64,000 nucleotides of DNA. Source: a virus (lineage: Duplodnaviria; Heunggongvirae; Uroviricota; Caudoviricetes). Location of the stretch: IMG/VR virus record IMGVR_UViG_3300026549_000070. One strand, written 5' to 3'. Numbering within the stretch: position 1 is the first letter of the stretch; each line of letters opens with the position of its first letter. This document shows positions 46,728 to 55,835 of the stretch, one piece after another. The translations under genes were made by a program, and so were the position numbers. The notes below the pieces were generated by a model. It did not search any database, was not told the origin of the DNA, and worked only from the letters and a program-made list of their open reading frames with translations.

Positions 46728-46759
46728 AAAAGGCAACGAAAAGTTGCCTTTAATTTTTC
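46728..46759 (+). terminator. rho-independent terminator
   Basis: aaaggcaac-gaaaa-gttgccttt followed by aattttt. Confidence 0.6.
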
Positions 46760-46764
46760 AAACT

Positions 46765-46805
46765 CGAGTTTTTTAGCTATATTGGACAATAATAAATATA
46801 AGAAA
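46765..46805 (+). promoter_or_regulatory. class II conserved promoter-like element (TTTTTTAGCTATATTGGACAATAATAAATA)
   Basis: Shares a 23-nt core with the elements at 54142 (+) and 15820 (-). Confidence 0.45.
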
Positions 46806-46823
46806 TAAGGAGTATTATTTATT

Positions 46824-47171
46824 ATGAATTGTAATGTTGTTTATGAAATAACTGGAATGGATGATGCTCATTCTGTTCCACTTGGACATATCATTGATAT
46901 TGATATGTGGATTTCTCATACTCCTTGGAAAGAAGAATCATATCATTGGCACGGCAATGTTTCTGACAGAAGACATCGCCTGTTTATCAAGTCGTTAGCA
47001 ATGTTGTTGATTGTTTATCAGGAAAGTGTTTGTTTGAAAGACATTAAGAAAATGAGCTCTTATGACATTATCAAAGATTGTGAAAGTATGGACGATTGTG
47101 AAGACTTTACTTATCTTGCACATAGAAGAAGACATAAATTTTCTGATATAAAATTGAACTTTCTTGAATAG
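46824..47171 (+). CDS. hypothetical protein (115 aa)
   Basis: RBS aaggagtattatttattatg. Confidence 0.45.
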   Translation: MNCNVVYEITGMDDAHSVPLGHIIDIDMWISHTPWKEESYHWHGNVSDRRHRLFIKSLAMLLIVYQESVCLKDIKKMSSYDIIKDCESMDDCEDFTYLAHRRRHKFSDIKLNFLE

Positions 47172-47192
47172 TCTTTTATATTATATCTGTAA
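47154..47192 (+). promoter_or_regulatory. class I conserved promoter
   Basis: ttgaactttcttgaatagtcttttatattatatctg, then aaaggagcaaattatg. Confidence 0.55.
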
Positions 47193-47213
47193 ATCACCGA
47201 AAAGGAGCAAATT

Positions 47214-47504
47214 ATGACAGGAAAAATGATACAGAAATGGCTTGATTCACGCACAGATTTTACAGATTATCAGATGAAAACAAAAGACCCTCGCATCGAC
47301 ATCGAGTTTGAGTTTTTTGAAAGAGATGAAATCGGCAATTACATCGAACCTAAAGATCGAACATTTGACCGTGCTGATATTGTTCTTCCTCAGATTGGTG
47401 CAATCTTTCAGGTTGTTCAGAGAGACGGCGAATCTATGGACTCTTTCTTGACAAGAGTTGCAAATAAATACAATAAAATTGAAAAGGGAATGCCTAATGA
47501 TTAA
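47214..47504 (+). CDS. hypothetical early protein (96 aa)
   Basis: Class I cassette. Confidence 0.5.
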   Translation: MTGKMIQKWLDSRTDFTDYQMKTKDPRIDIEFEFFERDEIGNYIEPKDRTFDRADIVLPQIGAIFQVVQRDGESMDSFLTRVANKYNKIEKGMPND

Positions 47505-48270
47505 GAATTACCAAAGATCTGGAGGTTCGATTAAGGACTTCATTAAATTGTTAAGTCACTGTTATCACAATGACCAAGCAGTAAAAATGGGAGAACTTCA
47601 TATCTTCTCAGAAGTTCCAATCTCAAAAGAAAAAGCCACAGACATTTATACAGATGTTCAAAATAGGATTTATGCAATCACAAAAGCAGATATGGATGAA
47701 CCTTGTAATTATGTCATTGAAATGTTTAGTCCTGATCGTTGGGAAAGATCTGAAGATCCTGCAATAAACAGACGATATGAAACAGTTGCTAAAAAGATTT
47801 CTCGTTTGTTCTTTTATGAACGCCCTGAAGAATGGGCATTCCACATTATCGATGTAAAACAAAAGTACAACAGAACATCTGGAGAATGGGAACACGGAAA
47901 TGAACTTATTGTTGAACTCTGGTGCAAAGAGATGGAGAACATCGATGTAAAGGCTGAGTTTGACAAGATACTTGAAAAGTACAACATCGACTCAAATGTC
48001 AGTACAAACTTCAAACTTAAAAATGTAAAATACTCATCAACTCCTGCTGGTGAAGAGTACCTTGAAAAAGATTGTCTTGGAAACATTCCTGAGCCAGGTG
48101 ATACAGTAATTCTTACTGAATGCGGAGCTGATATTTTTGTTGGATTCAATAAAGCATCTTGGCGCTGTCTTAAATCTTATGGATATGGATATGTTGTAAA
48201 AAAGCATCCTGCAAATACAAACGGCGGAAAACCACTTAAAACACCGGAGGACTTTGATGTTCAAGCTTAA
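47497..48270 (+). CDS. hypothetical protein (~257 aa; start adjusted to the ATG overlapping the previous stop)
   Basis: ORF in frame; RBS gaaaaggg. Confidence 0.4.
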   Translation: MIKNYQRSGGSIKDFIKLLSHCYHNDQAVKMGELHIFSEVPISKEKATDIYTDVQNRIYAITKADMDEPCNYVIEMFSPDRWERSEDPAINRRYETVAKKISRLFFYERPEEWAFHIIDVKQKYNRTSGEWEHGNELIVELWCKEMENIDVKAEFDKILEKYNIDSNVSTNFKLKNVKYSSTPAGEEYLEKDCLGNIPEPGDTVILTECGADIFVGFNKASWRCLKSYGYGYVVKKHPANTNGGKPLKTPEDFDVQA

Positions 48271-48967
48271 GAACACTTGTAAAGGTTGGGCCCGTATGCA
48301 GGCTGCAATCAAAAAGAAGAAGACAGTTTATCACTCAATCCGAATTGCATATGATGCAAGAGACAATGAGTTCTTTGAATTAGTGCAGGCATTGAATCCA
48401 AATGATCCAAAGCTTTCGCCTATTGAAGTTGAAGGCATTAAGAACTTCAACAAAAATGAAATCGGAGAATATTGTACTCCTTCAGGAGAAGTTGCTTGGG
48501 AATGTTTGAGGATTTTTATTCGTCAGCGTTTGGAAAAGTTTCCAGAATCAGGAAGACCTGACAGTGATGCATATGACAACGAGTGGAAGTGGAGTTGCGA
48601 GTACAATGTGTATCTTGATGACGACGACAAGTGGCACGACTTCCTTACATACTTCGGTGAGATTTTGAAAGAGATCAAATGCATCACAGGGAAAGACATT
48701 TATCTTAAAAGCGAAAGTCAGTCAAGCGCAGGCATTCCTAAAGCAGAGCCTCTCGCAAACAAGTTTGCTTATGACCAGTATGGAAACAAGTTTGAAGTGG
48801 GAGACTTTGTCGCAAGAAGCAAAGTGGGAACTACAGGAACTTTTGCTGATGTAATTATTGGAACAACAGAAAAGTCGCTGGCACTTTTAAGCGGTGGAAA
48901 TTGTTCTCCTGAAAGTGTATTCGTTATCAAAAAAGGAAACGGACAGCCTGCTAATATTGCATATTAA
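48257..48967 (+). CDS. hypothetical protein (~236 aa)
   Basis: Overlaps the previous stop. Confidence 0.4.
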   Translation: MFKLKNTCKGWARMQAAIKKKKTVYHSIRIAYDARDNEFFELVQALNPNDPKLSPIEVEGIKNFNKNEIGEYCTPSGEVAWECLRIFIRQRLEKFPESGRPDSDAYDNEWKWSCEYNVYLDDDDKWHDFLTYFGEILKEIKCITGKDIYLKSESQSSAGIPKAEPLANKFAYDQYGNKFEVGDFVARSKVGTTGTFADVIIGTTEKSLALLSGGNCSPESVFVIKKGNGQPANIAY

Positions 48968-48982
48968 TGTTAATATATACAT

Positions 48983-49381
48983 ATGACAGTAGCAGTTGAT
49001 TTTGATGGAACAATAACACAGCGAAATATGTATCCTGATGTAGGGCCTTTTAGAAAGAATGCTATCAATGTTTTGAAGGCTTTACAGGAAAAAGGAAATG
49101 ATATCTGTTTATGGACTTGCCGTCACGGAGAAACTCTTGCTCAAGCACTAGCAAACTTGAAAGCACAAGGGTTTACTCCAAATTATGTAAACTGCGCTCC
49201 GTACACAACAGGCTCACAGAAGATTGTTGCAAATGTTTACATTGACGACGCTTCTTGGCCAAATTGTTGCTTTCCTGAAGAAAAAAGAATTGATTGGAAT
49301 GAAATAGGAAAATCCTTTGGACTTTCTGAGGAAGAGATAAATGCCACAGAGATTAAATGTGACACCGCGCCAGACAAATGA
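48983..49381 (+). CDS. HAD-family phosphatase resembling the 3'-phosphatase domain of T4 polynucleotide kinase (stand-alone)
   Basis: Motif I VDFDGTIT; downstream TCRHG and IDD motifs; overall pattern parallels the T4 Pnk segment DVDGTLAKMNGRGPYD...VVSGRESG...IDD. Confidence 0.5.
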   Translation: MTVAVDFDGTITQRNMYPDVGPFRKNAINVLKALQEKGNDICLWTCRHGETLAQALANLKAQGFTPNYVNCAPYTTGSQKIVANVYIDDASWPNCCFPEEKRIDWNEIGKSFGLSEEEINATEIKCDTAPDK

Positions 49382-49856
49382 AGATGAGTTCGCAGATCTT
49401 AACGAAAAGTTGAAGATTGAGATGCGTAAGATGGCTCACGATCATCTCGCTTCTCAGGAGTCTGAACTTGTTATGCAGTCTTATGGAATGTCAGCTTATT
49501 GGTGGAATAAAATTCACGATAAGAAAGAAGAGATTGAAAATGCCATAAGTAAACTTGAAAGACTTAATAAGCAACTTGATGATATGTGTAAGCCTTTTGG
49601 TGGAATTGATAAAGTTGAAGAAATCTTTAAGAATGTAGACGAAGTTGAAGCAAACTTTACTTGTTCTGATGAGGACCTTGACTATTACATTTTCAATCAA
49701 GATAAAGTTGATGAAGCACATAGTGCAAAACTTAAAAAGTTGAAAGTATATGACGGACTTCCTCAAGCTGAATGTCCGAATTGTAAAACTCTTTCACCTT
49801 TAACTGTTACAAAATGTCCATTCTGTGGAATGCAGTTTGAAGAGGAGACTAAATGA
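49341..49856 (+). CDS. hypothetical protein with a C-terminal zinc ribbon (171 aa)
   Basis: CPNCKT...CPFCGM. Confidence 0.4.
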   Translation: MPQRLNVTPRQTNEDEFADLNEKLKIEMRKMAHDHLASQESELVMQSYGMSAYWWNKIHDKKEEIENAISKLERLNKQLDDMCKPFGGIDKVEEIFKNVDEVEANFTCSDEDLDYYIFNQDKVDEAHSAKLKKLKVYDGLPQAECPNCKTLSPLTVTKCPFCGMQFEEETK

Positions 49857-50344
49857 ACGAAGATACAAGAGTAAATCATCCTTCTTATTACGAGAAGAAA
49901 GTAAATGACAACCGAGTACATCCTGAATGTATTGAACTGCTCGAAGTCATTACAAGAGGCTTCCCTGGTATTCTTGCACTTGATGCAGGTCAGTTGAAGT
50001 ATTGTTACCGTTTCGGTTCAAAAGCAGAGGAAGGACTCTCGAGAAAAGAGAAAGCTGCTGAAGATACTCGAAAGATTGTTTGGTATATGAAAGACTTCAC
50101 AAAGCGCTTCTATGATTACAAGATTGAAGAAGTTGATGAAGACTCTTACTTCAAGACAATTACAGCTTTGGTTGCAGAAGAGTTCGCTTTTGATAAACCT
50201 GAGTCAATTAAACCTGCTGTAAGAAAGTTGATTACAATGGTTATGCGTGCAAAGACAAATCACTATGATGAAACAGAACTTGTTCACGCAGCAGAGAATC
50301 TTGTAAACGCTGTTGAAATATCGGACGAAAGCGAATGGAATTAA
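49853..50344 (+). CDS. hypothetical protein (163 aa)
   Basis: ATGA overlap. Confidence 0.4.
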   Translation: MNEDTRVNHPSYYEKKVNDNRVHPECIELLEVITRGFPGILALDAGQLKYCYRFGSKAEEGLSRKEKAAEDTRKIVWYMKDFTKRFYDYKIEEVDEDSYFKTITALVAEEFAFDKPESIKPAVRKLITMVMRAKTNHYDETELVHAAENLVNAVEISDESEWN

Positions 50345-50598
50345 GCGTTTTTGAAAACGAAAAAGTTCCCAATTCTCTGTCTTGTACAGAGCCGCCTGAA
50401 ACTGGAATGTATTTGATACTTGGTACTTCCATCACAGGAAAGACCGAGTTCCAAATCGTTTATTATCGTACTGATACGAAAAAGTTTTATATGAATCTTG
50501 ACTGTCCTAAAGATCGTGACTTATCAGGATTTTGGCGGATTGAAGTAGAAGAATGGATTTTGTTGAAAAAATTGCCAATTTCTGCCTTTGAAAATTGA
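50335..50598 (+). CDS. hypothetical protein (87 aa)
   Basis: ATGGAATTAAG start overlaps the previous stop codon; no separate RBS. Confidence 0.35.
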   Translation: MELSVFENEKVPNSLSCTEPPETGMYLILGTSITGKTEFQIVYYRTDTKKFYMNLDCPKDRDLSGFWRIEVEEWILLKKLPISAFEN

Positions 50599-50641
50599 AC
50601 TTCTTAACGGCGTCTTTTATATTATTACTGTAAAACGCCGT
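50595..50641 (+). promoter_or_regulatory. class I conserved promoter with a 7-bp inverted repeat (ACGGCGT/ACGCCGT) flanking the -10 region
   Basis: ttgaacttcttaacggcgtcttttatattattactgtaaaacgccgt. Confidence 0.5.
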
Positions 50642-50657
50642 AAAGGAGGATTAAATT

Positions 50658-50951
50658 ATGGCAAAACCAACAATCATCGAAAACTTCATTCCTTGTACAC
50701 CACGCTGGGGAATCCGCGTTCAGGATGAAGCTTGCTGGGGATACGGAAAGACAATTCTTTTCATTGACCGCAAATATGCAAAGAATGATGGCAGTGATTG
50801 GGATAAAGGACAGCCCACATACTCTTACGGAGTTGATACAATCGCTGCTCACAAACACAATGTTCCGCTCTGCCTTGATATGGGTCAGGATTGGCTTGTT
50901 GATGCAGATGCAATGAATGTTGCAGTTGAAGTTGCAAAGAATTACCTTTAA
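50658..50951 (+). CDS. hypothetical early protein (97 aa)
   Basis: RBS aaaggaggattaaattatg. Confidence 0.5.
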   Translation: MAKPTIIENFIPCTPRWGIRVQDEACWGYGKTILFIDRKYAKNDGSDWDKGQPTYSYGVDTIAAHKHNVPLCLDMGQDWLVDADAMNVAVEVAKNYL

Positions 50952-50965
50952 TAAGGAGGTCCTTG

Positions 50966-51205
50966 ATGGACAAATATAAAGTTGAAGTTGAGAACACTTC
51001 TGAAGGTCCAGTTTTCTGGGTTCGCAAGAACGGAAATCGTTGGGTTCGACAGGAGCTTAAGAAAGATGTTGAAGAACTTTTGGCAATTATGATTCTTTCA
51101 ACTGCTGAAGGAACGCCAATCGAAATTGAGGATGATGTTGAAAACTCAAACTTACTTGTTACTTTTGACACTCACAAACAGAGAGTTTTGCTTGTTGAAA
51201 AGTAG
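50966..51205 (+). CDS. hypothetical protein (~79 aa)
   Basis: RBS taaggaggtccttgatg. Confidence 0.45.
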   Translation: MDKYKVEVENTSEGPVFWVRKNGNRWVRQELKKDVEELLAIMILSTAEGTPIEIEDDVENSNLLVTFDTHKQRVLLVEK

Positions 51206-51329
51206 GTTACTTTTTGACAATTAAGACTAAATAAATTATCGGCATAAGAGGTTCCTATTTACAATTGGCATTTGTTTTACTTCTCGCCGACCGTGTTTAC
51301 TGAGCATAGGAATGTTCCTATCTTAACGA

Positions 51330-51460
51330 AAATTATACTTCAGCGCTCGGGCATCTTCGGATGCAAGTGGATTGCTACACTTTCCCGAGCTGGGGAGAAG
51401 CCGCTAAGGACGGGCTTCAATAATTCCCGCTCTGCTAAACATTATCTTTTGGAGGTTTTT
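51330..51460 (+). ncRNA. structured RNA region (nested hairpins with a UUCG tetraloop), possibly the 5' part of a self-splicing intron or an ncRNA; it overlaps the 5' part of track ORF 51272
   Basis: gctcggg-[gcatc-ttcg-gatgc]-...-cccgagc and gaagcc-gctaaggacg-ggcttc. Confidence 0.3.
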
Positions 51461-51475
51461 ACGGTTCTACAGAAT

Positions 51476-51814
51476 CATTGGGTTGTAAGCTGCAATTATA
51501 ACGGCGAAATCTATGGCGTTGAACTTAAGCCTGGAAAACGGCCTGACTTGAGAATCCCAGAACTTTCAAAAGAAAAAACTGCTGTTGTTCATTATACGAT
51601 ACTTGACAAATGTAAAGCAAAGAACTACAATCAGAAGCTTTACAACAATGTAAAGAAGCTTATAACAAAGAGTCTTAAAACAAAATACAAAAACTTTGAA
51701 CTTGTCATTTCCAGAGTTGGTTCGGCCACTGCTCCTTTCAAAGTTGAACAGTTAGAAACTGTTTCAGTTGGATATTGGGGAAATGCAAAAATATTATGGA
51801 GTGAACGGGACTAG
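51476..51814 (+). CDS. hypothetical protein (C-terminal ~110 codons of track ORF 51272..51814 appear coding); possibly intron-associated; start uncertain
   Basis: The ORF is in frame but there is no convincing ATG with an RBS; the upstream half overlaps stable RNA hairpins. Confidence 0.25.
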   Translation, partial: HWVVSCNYNGEIYGVELKPGKRPDLRIPELSKEKTAVVHYTILDKCKAKNYNQKLYNNVKKLITKSLKTKYKNFELVISRVGSATAPFKVEQLETVSVGYWGNAKILWSERD

Positions 51815-52052
51815 AAGAAAGTTCGTTGGCCGCGAACAAGTATTTCTAGCCAAAGTGGAATCCAAAGTAAGACTTTGGGCATTCCGATTGGGTTTGTTAT
51901 TAGGGGGTATGCAGACCACTGAAAGCAAGCTAAGGGTCGGGTGTTGCTATGAAAGGCTGATGGTTGCGACTGCAATGATCTCACATCAGTAATCAGATGC
52001 TGCGCGATTTAAGATGGTATCGTAAGATGCTGTCTAGGGAGGTTCGACTCCT
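51815..52052 (+). ncRNA. non-coding structured region with group I intron-like R/S elements, ending in a tRNA-type T-arm plus acceptor 3' strand
   Basis: tgcAGACCActGAAAGcaAG (compare GACUAnAnGAAAG) and AAGATggtatcG (compare AAGAUAUAGUC); T-arm GGAGG-UUCGACU-CCUUC-CCACUUC-G at 52028..52052. Confidence 0.25.
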
Positions 52053-52148
52053 TCCCACTTCGCTACTTAGGCAACGGTTGTTCCTAATAAGGAATAATGA
52101 AAGTTTTTCAAATTACAACCCGCCTGTTACTTTTTAAGAGGTTCTTGA

Positions 52149-54053
52149 ATGAACTGGAAACTTATTCAGCTTTTTAACAAAGCTCCTTCTTGTACTTGTG
52201 ACCTTGCAACATTCAAAGCAGTAAACGAAAAGGCTATGAAGGCAGGTTATCTTGTCCACCCAGACTGCTGCGGAAGCAAAGAAATCAAAAAGTTTCTCGA
52301 GAACGAAACTTACAATCCAAACTCAACTTTCTACAAAACATTTGAAGATGTTGTATCAAAGGACCGCCTCGAGCTCGCTTTTGATCAGTGGATGCACTAT
52401 GCTTCAACTTATGGTACAGGCCATACTCAGGAAGGCAACGGTTATGTTCCAAACGATGAACCGCCTGTAATCGAGTTCAAAAAGTACAAAGTTATTCTTC
52501 CTGCAACAGAAGAGGAAATCTTCGAAGAATGCTATGGAATGTTGAAGTCAGGTATCGCAATCAACGAAAAGACTCTTCAGCTTTTGATGGACTACATCAA
52601 AGATTATGACTTCTTAAACAAAGTTGATGTTGATGAAATTGCAAACAAAGAAGCGCAGGCTATCTTCGCTGTTCAGATGGGCGCATACCCTAAGCAGCCA
52701 ATTTCAGTATTGCGTGTTATTATGTATCTTTTGACACAAGACACTGCAATGCTTGTTAAGTCAAGAGAGTCAATCGCTCGTATCAAAGGTTTGGTTGCTG
52801 CATTGCCTGCAAAGCAGAAGAAAGATTTGAACAAGATCTTGAGCGAAAGAGACGTTGCTTTGTCAACTATCTTCTATCGTTACAAGCCGCTTATTCTTGC
52901 AATGAAATGCGCTGAAACACATACAACAATCAACCACATCCGTAAGTTGGCTGTTAAGAACCATAAGCCGATGAAAGTTGGTTTCTGGGAAAGATGTTTC
53001 AATCCTGAAAATCAGCAGGATGCTTACCTTAAAGAAGCAGCAGAAAAAGTTGATTCTTTGACTGCCTTCAAGAAAGGCCAGCTTATGCAGGGCATTATGG
53101 AACGCGTGAACGGTCAGGATGTCAAAGGCCGTATGTTCGTTATCAGAAATGGAAAGACTTTCGTTCGTGAAGGTTATAAAGCTTCTTGTGATGAAAAGTA
53201 CCTTGCTGAGTTGTATGCAATCCTTAAGGACTCATACATCAACAACTTGGCAAAGAAAGCTATCACAAAAGTAACAACAAAAGATGCCGAAGGAAACGAT
53301 GTTGTTCTTGAAAGACCAACAAGAATCAAACTTCCTAAAGGAATTGAGTTGACAATTCCAACTTCTGAAAAGAACTTTGTTGGTAACTATCCTATGGGTA
53401 CTGCGATTCCTCTTGCAGAAAAAGACAATGTAATTGGCATTTATTGGCGTAATGAATGGGGTGTATATGATTATGACCTCCACTTTGTCAGCAAGTCAGG
53501 TCAGCATTATGGTTGGAATGGTGACTATCACGGTGGTAAGTATGGCAAGATCATTTACTCTGGTGATATGACAAATGCAGATCCTGAAGCAGCAGAATGC
53601 ATTTACATTGAAAATGGAGCTCCTGATGGCGTGATTTCAGTCAACAAGTTCTCAGGAGATAAGAACTCAAAGTTCAAACTCTTTGTTGCTGTTGACCCAA
53701 GTAAAGCAAATATGGACAGAAGAGACCGTTGGAACAGCAGCGCCAAAAATGCAATGGTTGATCCAAACAAGATTGTGTTTGAAGCAGAGCTCGAACACGA
53801 TACTTATGGTCAGAAGGTTGTTGCAAAAATTGAAGATGGCAAAATCTTTATGTCAGCTTTGGAAGCTGGTGCTACCCGCGTACCTTCTGTTTCAATGATG
53901 AAAATTATTGAAGCACAGGGCAAGGTAAAAGCAAACAGCTATATCAAGTTGAACGACTTGCTTGTTGCTGCAGGTTTTGAGTTTGTCGAAGATGAACCTG
54001 ATATTGATTTTACTCAGATGAGCAAAAACGATCTTATTAAACTTGTTGAGTAA
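52149..54053 (+). CDS. hypothetical 634-aa protein (function unknown)
   Basis: RBS ttaagaggttcttgaatg; long uninterrupted ORF. Confidence 0.5.
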   Translation: MNWKLIQLFNKAPSCTCDLATFKAVNEKAMKAGYLVHPDCCGSKEIKKFLENETYNPNSTFYKTFEDVVSKDRLELAFDQWMHYASTYGTGHTQEGNGYVPNDEPPVIEFKKYKVILPATEEEIFEECYGMLKSGIAINEKTLQLLMDYIKDYDFLNKVDVDEIANKEAQAIFAVQMGAYPKQPISVLRVIMYLLTQDTAMLVKSRESIARIKGLVAALPAKQKKDLNKILSERDVALSTIFYRYKPLILAMKCAETHTTINHIRKLAVKNHKPMKVGFWERCFNPENQQDAYLKEAAEKVDSLTAFKKGQLMQGIMERVNGQDVKGRMFVIRNGKTFVREGYKASCDEKYLAELYAILKDSYINNLAKKAITKVTTKDAEGNDVVLERPTRIKLPKGIELTIPTSEKNFVGNYPMGTAIPLAEKDNVIGIYWRNEWGVYDYDLHFVSKSGQHYGWNGDYHGGKYGKIIYSGDMTNADPEAAECIYIENGAPDGVISVNKFSGDKNSKFKLFVAVDPSKANMDRRDRWNSSAKNAMVDPNKIVFEAELEHDTYGQKVVAKIEDGKIFMSALEAGATRVPSVSMMKIIEAQGKVKANSYIKLNDLLVAAGFEFVEDEPDIDFTQMSKNDLIKLVE

Positions 54054-54067
54054 TCAACAATTGAGTC

Positions 54068-54102
54068 GAGAACCTGGGATTCTATTCTCAGGTTCTTTTT
54101 TC
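54068..54102 (+). terminator. rho-independent terminator
   Basis: gagaacctg-ggattctattct-caggttct followed by tttttc. Confidence 0.6.
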
Positions 54103-54136
54103 ATATCATTTAGACAGATTGACAGAAAATGTCAAC

Positions 54137-54180
54137 TTGACTTTTTTAGCTATATTGGACAATATAATAATAAGAATACA
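54137..54180 (+). promoter_or_regulatory. class II conserved promoter-like element
   Basis: cttttttagctatattggacaatataataataag. Confidence 0.45.
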
Positions 54181-54200
54181 AGGATAATTTATTATGATTT

Positions 54201-54240
54201 TTGAACTTTTAATGTAAATCTTTTATATTATTTTTGTAAA
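54201..54240 (+). promoter_or_regulatory. class I conserved promoter, in tandem with the class II element
   Basis: ttgaacttttaatgtaaatcttttatattatttttg. Confidence 0.5.
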
Positions 54241-54297
54241 GGAGCAAATTCGACTTCCTTAAAGAAGTTTGTTAATATTTATACGGAGGTCTCATAA

Positions 54298-55533
54298 ATG
54301 AAACATTTTGAAAAACTCGAAAACTTCGTAAAGTCAAATCCAAACTGGGAAGACATTCTCAGACCAAATATGAAATCCATTTATCCTGTTGAAGGTCGTA
54401 ACTGGGTTGTACTTATGTACAATCTTATGGATATGCCTAAAGACAAGGAAATATTTGATATAATGTGTCAGTGCCGTGGTACTGTAATTGACAAAACCAC
54501 AGGTGAAATCATCTGTGCACCGTTCACAAAGTTTTGGAATTACAAAGATGAAGGCGTTGCTGCTGATATTGATTGGGACTCTGCTTGGGTTTCACATAAG
54601 CGTGACGGCTGGATTTTCAAAGCATTCAAATGGCACGGCAATGTTTATTGGATGTCAAATGGTCGTGTGATTACTGAGAATGAGAAGGGCGCTCCTGTTG
54701 ACTATGTCCCAGGCTTGCCAAGATTGAACAATATGTCTGATGTTCTTTTACGGGCATTGACAAACGACGGTTCATCTGCTTTCTTCTCAGATGGCTTCTT
54801 GTTCTCAGATTGTGAATGGGCAAAAAGAATGCCTGAAGGTTCAACAGCAATGTTTGAATTGGAGTCACCTTGGAACAGAATTCATACTGACTTGGTAAAA
54901 GATGCAAAACTTTGGCTTATCGGTTTCCGTATGCCAAGCGGCGATGAAATAACTTTCACTGAAGCAAAAGAAAGATTCAACTTTCCTTTTGAAACGCCAA
55001 AGATGTATGATTTCAAGTCCGCAAAAGAAATGCTTGATGTACTTGCAGGTTGGAATGTAAAAGACAACGGTGAAGGTGTTGTTGTATGTGACAAATACTT
55101 CAACCGTGTAAAAGTCAAAATTGATGATTACATTCGTGTAAAGTTTGAATCAAGAGGCGAAGACTTTGGTGACAACCGCTTGTTCAAATATTATTGTATG
55201 AATGAAGTTGATGACCTTTGTGCTGCTGATCCAAAAGTAAAAGCTCGTGTTGAGGAAATCTCTCACAATGTTCAGTTGTACCGTAAATGGCTTGAAGAAA
55301 AAGTTGAATATGTCAACACTGTAATTGCAACAAAATATGCAGACAAGAAAGAGTTCTTCACTTCTGTTGATGATGACTTCCCTGAGGATGCTGCTTTGTT
55401 CAAACAGCTTTACGGCAAGAATGCAGAAAATCTTTTTAAGAACTTTATCGAAAAAGGTAAAGTGTCAAAAACTTTATACCGTGATACTCTCCATCTTATG
55501 GGTATGGAGATGACTGATGGAACAGAGGAGTAA
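54298..55533 (+). CDS. RNA ligase 1 (T4 RnlA-like)
   Basis: MCQCRGTVIDKTTGEI parallels LECRGIMFEMDGEK. Motif I SHKRDGWIF parallels TKEDGSLVS. EGVVVCDKYFNRVKVKIDDY parallels [20 protein letters not shown]. Confidence 0.7.
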   Translation: MKHFEKLENFVKSNPNWEDILRPNMKSIYPVEGRNWVVLMYNLMDMPKDKEIFDIMCQCRGTVIDKTTGEIICAPFTKFWNYKDEGVAADIDWDSAWVSHKRDGWIFKAFKWHGNVYWMSNGRVITENEKGAPVDYVPGLPRLNNMSDVLLRALTNDGSSAFFSDGFLFSDCEWAKRMPEGSTAMFELESPWNRIHTDLVKDAKLWLIGFRMPSGDEITFTEAKERFNFPFETPKMYDFKSAKEMLDVLAGWNVKDNGEGVVVCDKYFNRVKVKIDDYIRVKFESRGEDFGDNRLFKYYCMNEVDDLCAADPKVKARVEEISHNVQLYRKWLEEKVEYVNTVIATKYADKKEFFTSVDDDFPEDAALFKQLYGKNAENLFKNFIEKGKVSKTLYRDTLHLMGMEMTDGTEE

Positions 55534-55537
55534 CAAA

Positions 55538-55732
55538 ATGGGCGAATGGGAACAGAAACTTTTTGACAAAATTAAGAATCAAGAAAAGCTTGACTACGAT
55601 GACTTGCAGGTTATCGAAAGATGTTTGAGAATACACTCATTGTGGGATGAGTTGTTGGAAACATTGAAAATGAATGCTGATGATTTTCAAAATCTTGTTT
55701 GTGATCTTTGGACAAATGAAGGTGAAAACTGA
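55538..55732 (+). CDS. hypothetical small protein (~64 aa)
   Basis: RBS acagaggagtaacaaaatg. Confidence 0.4.
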   Translation: MGEWEQKLFDKIKNQEKLDYDDLQVIERCLRIHSLWDELLETLKMNADDFQNLVCDLWTNEGEN

Positions 55733-55835
55733 GAAAAAGACTATCAGAAAGAACATCAGCAGGACCCATCTCGTTTCAAAACATTTTCTTGGGGCTGCCG
55801 CTTGATGTTGAAACATTTAGTAATTGAGGTGACAA

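Noticed and set aside
51272-51475. N-terminal 68 codons of track ORF 51272..51814 as coding
   Set aside because: No ATG with RBS was found. The segment is occupied by stable nested hairpins including a UUCG tetraloop, so it is more likely RNA structure than protein.
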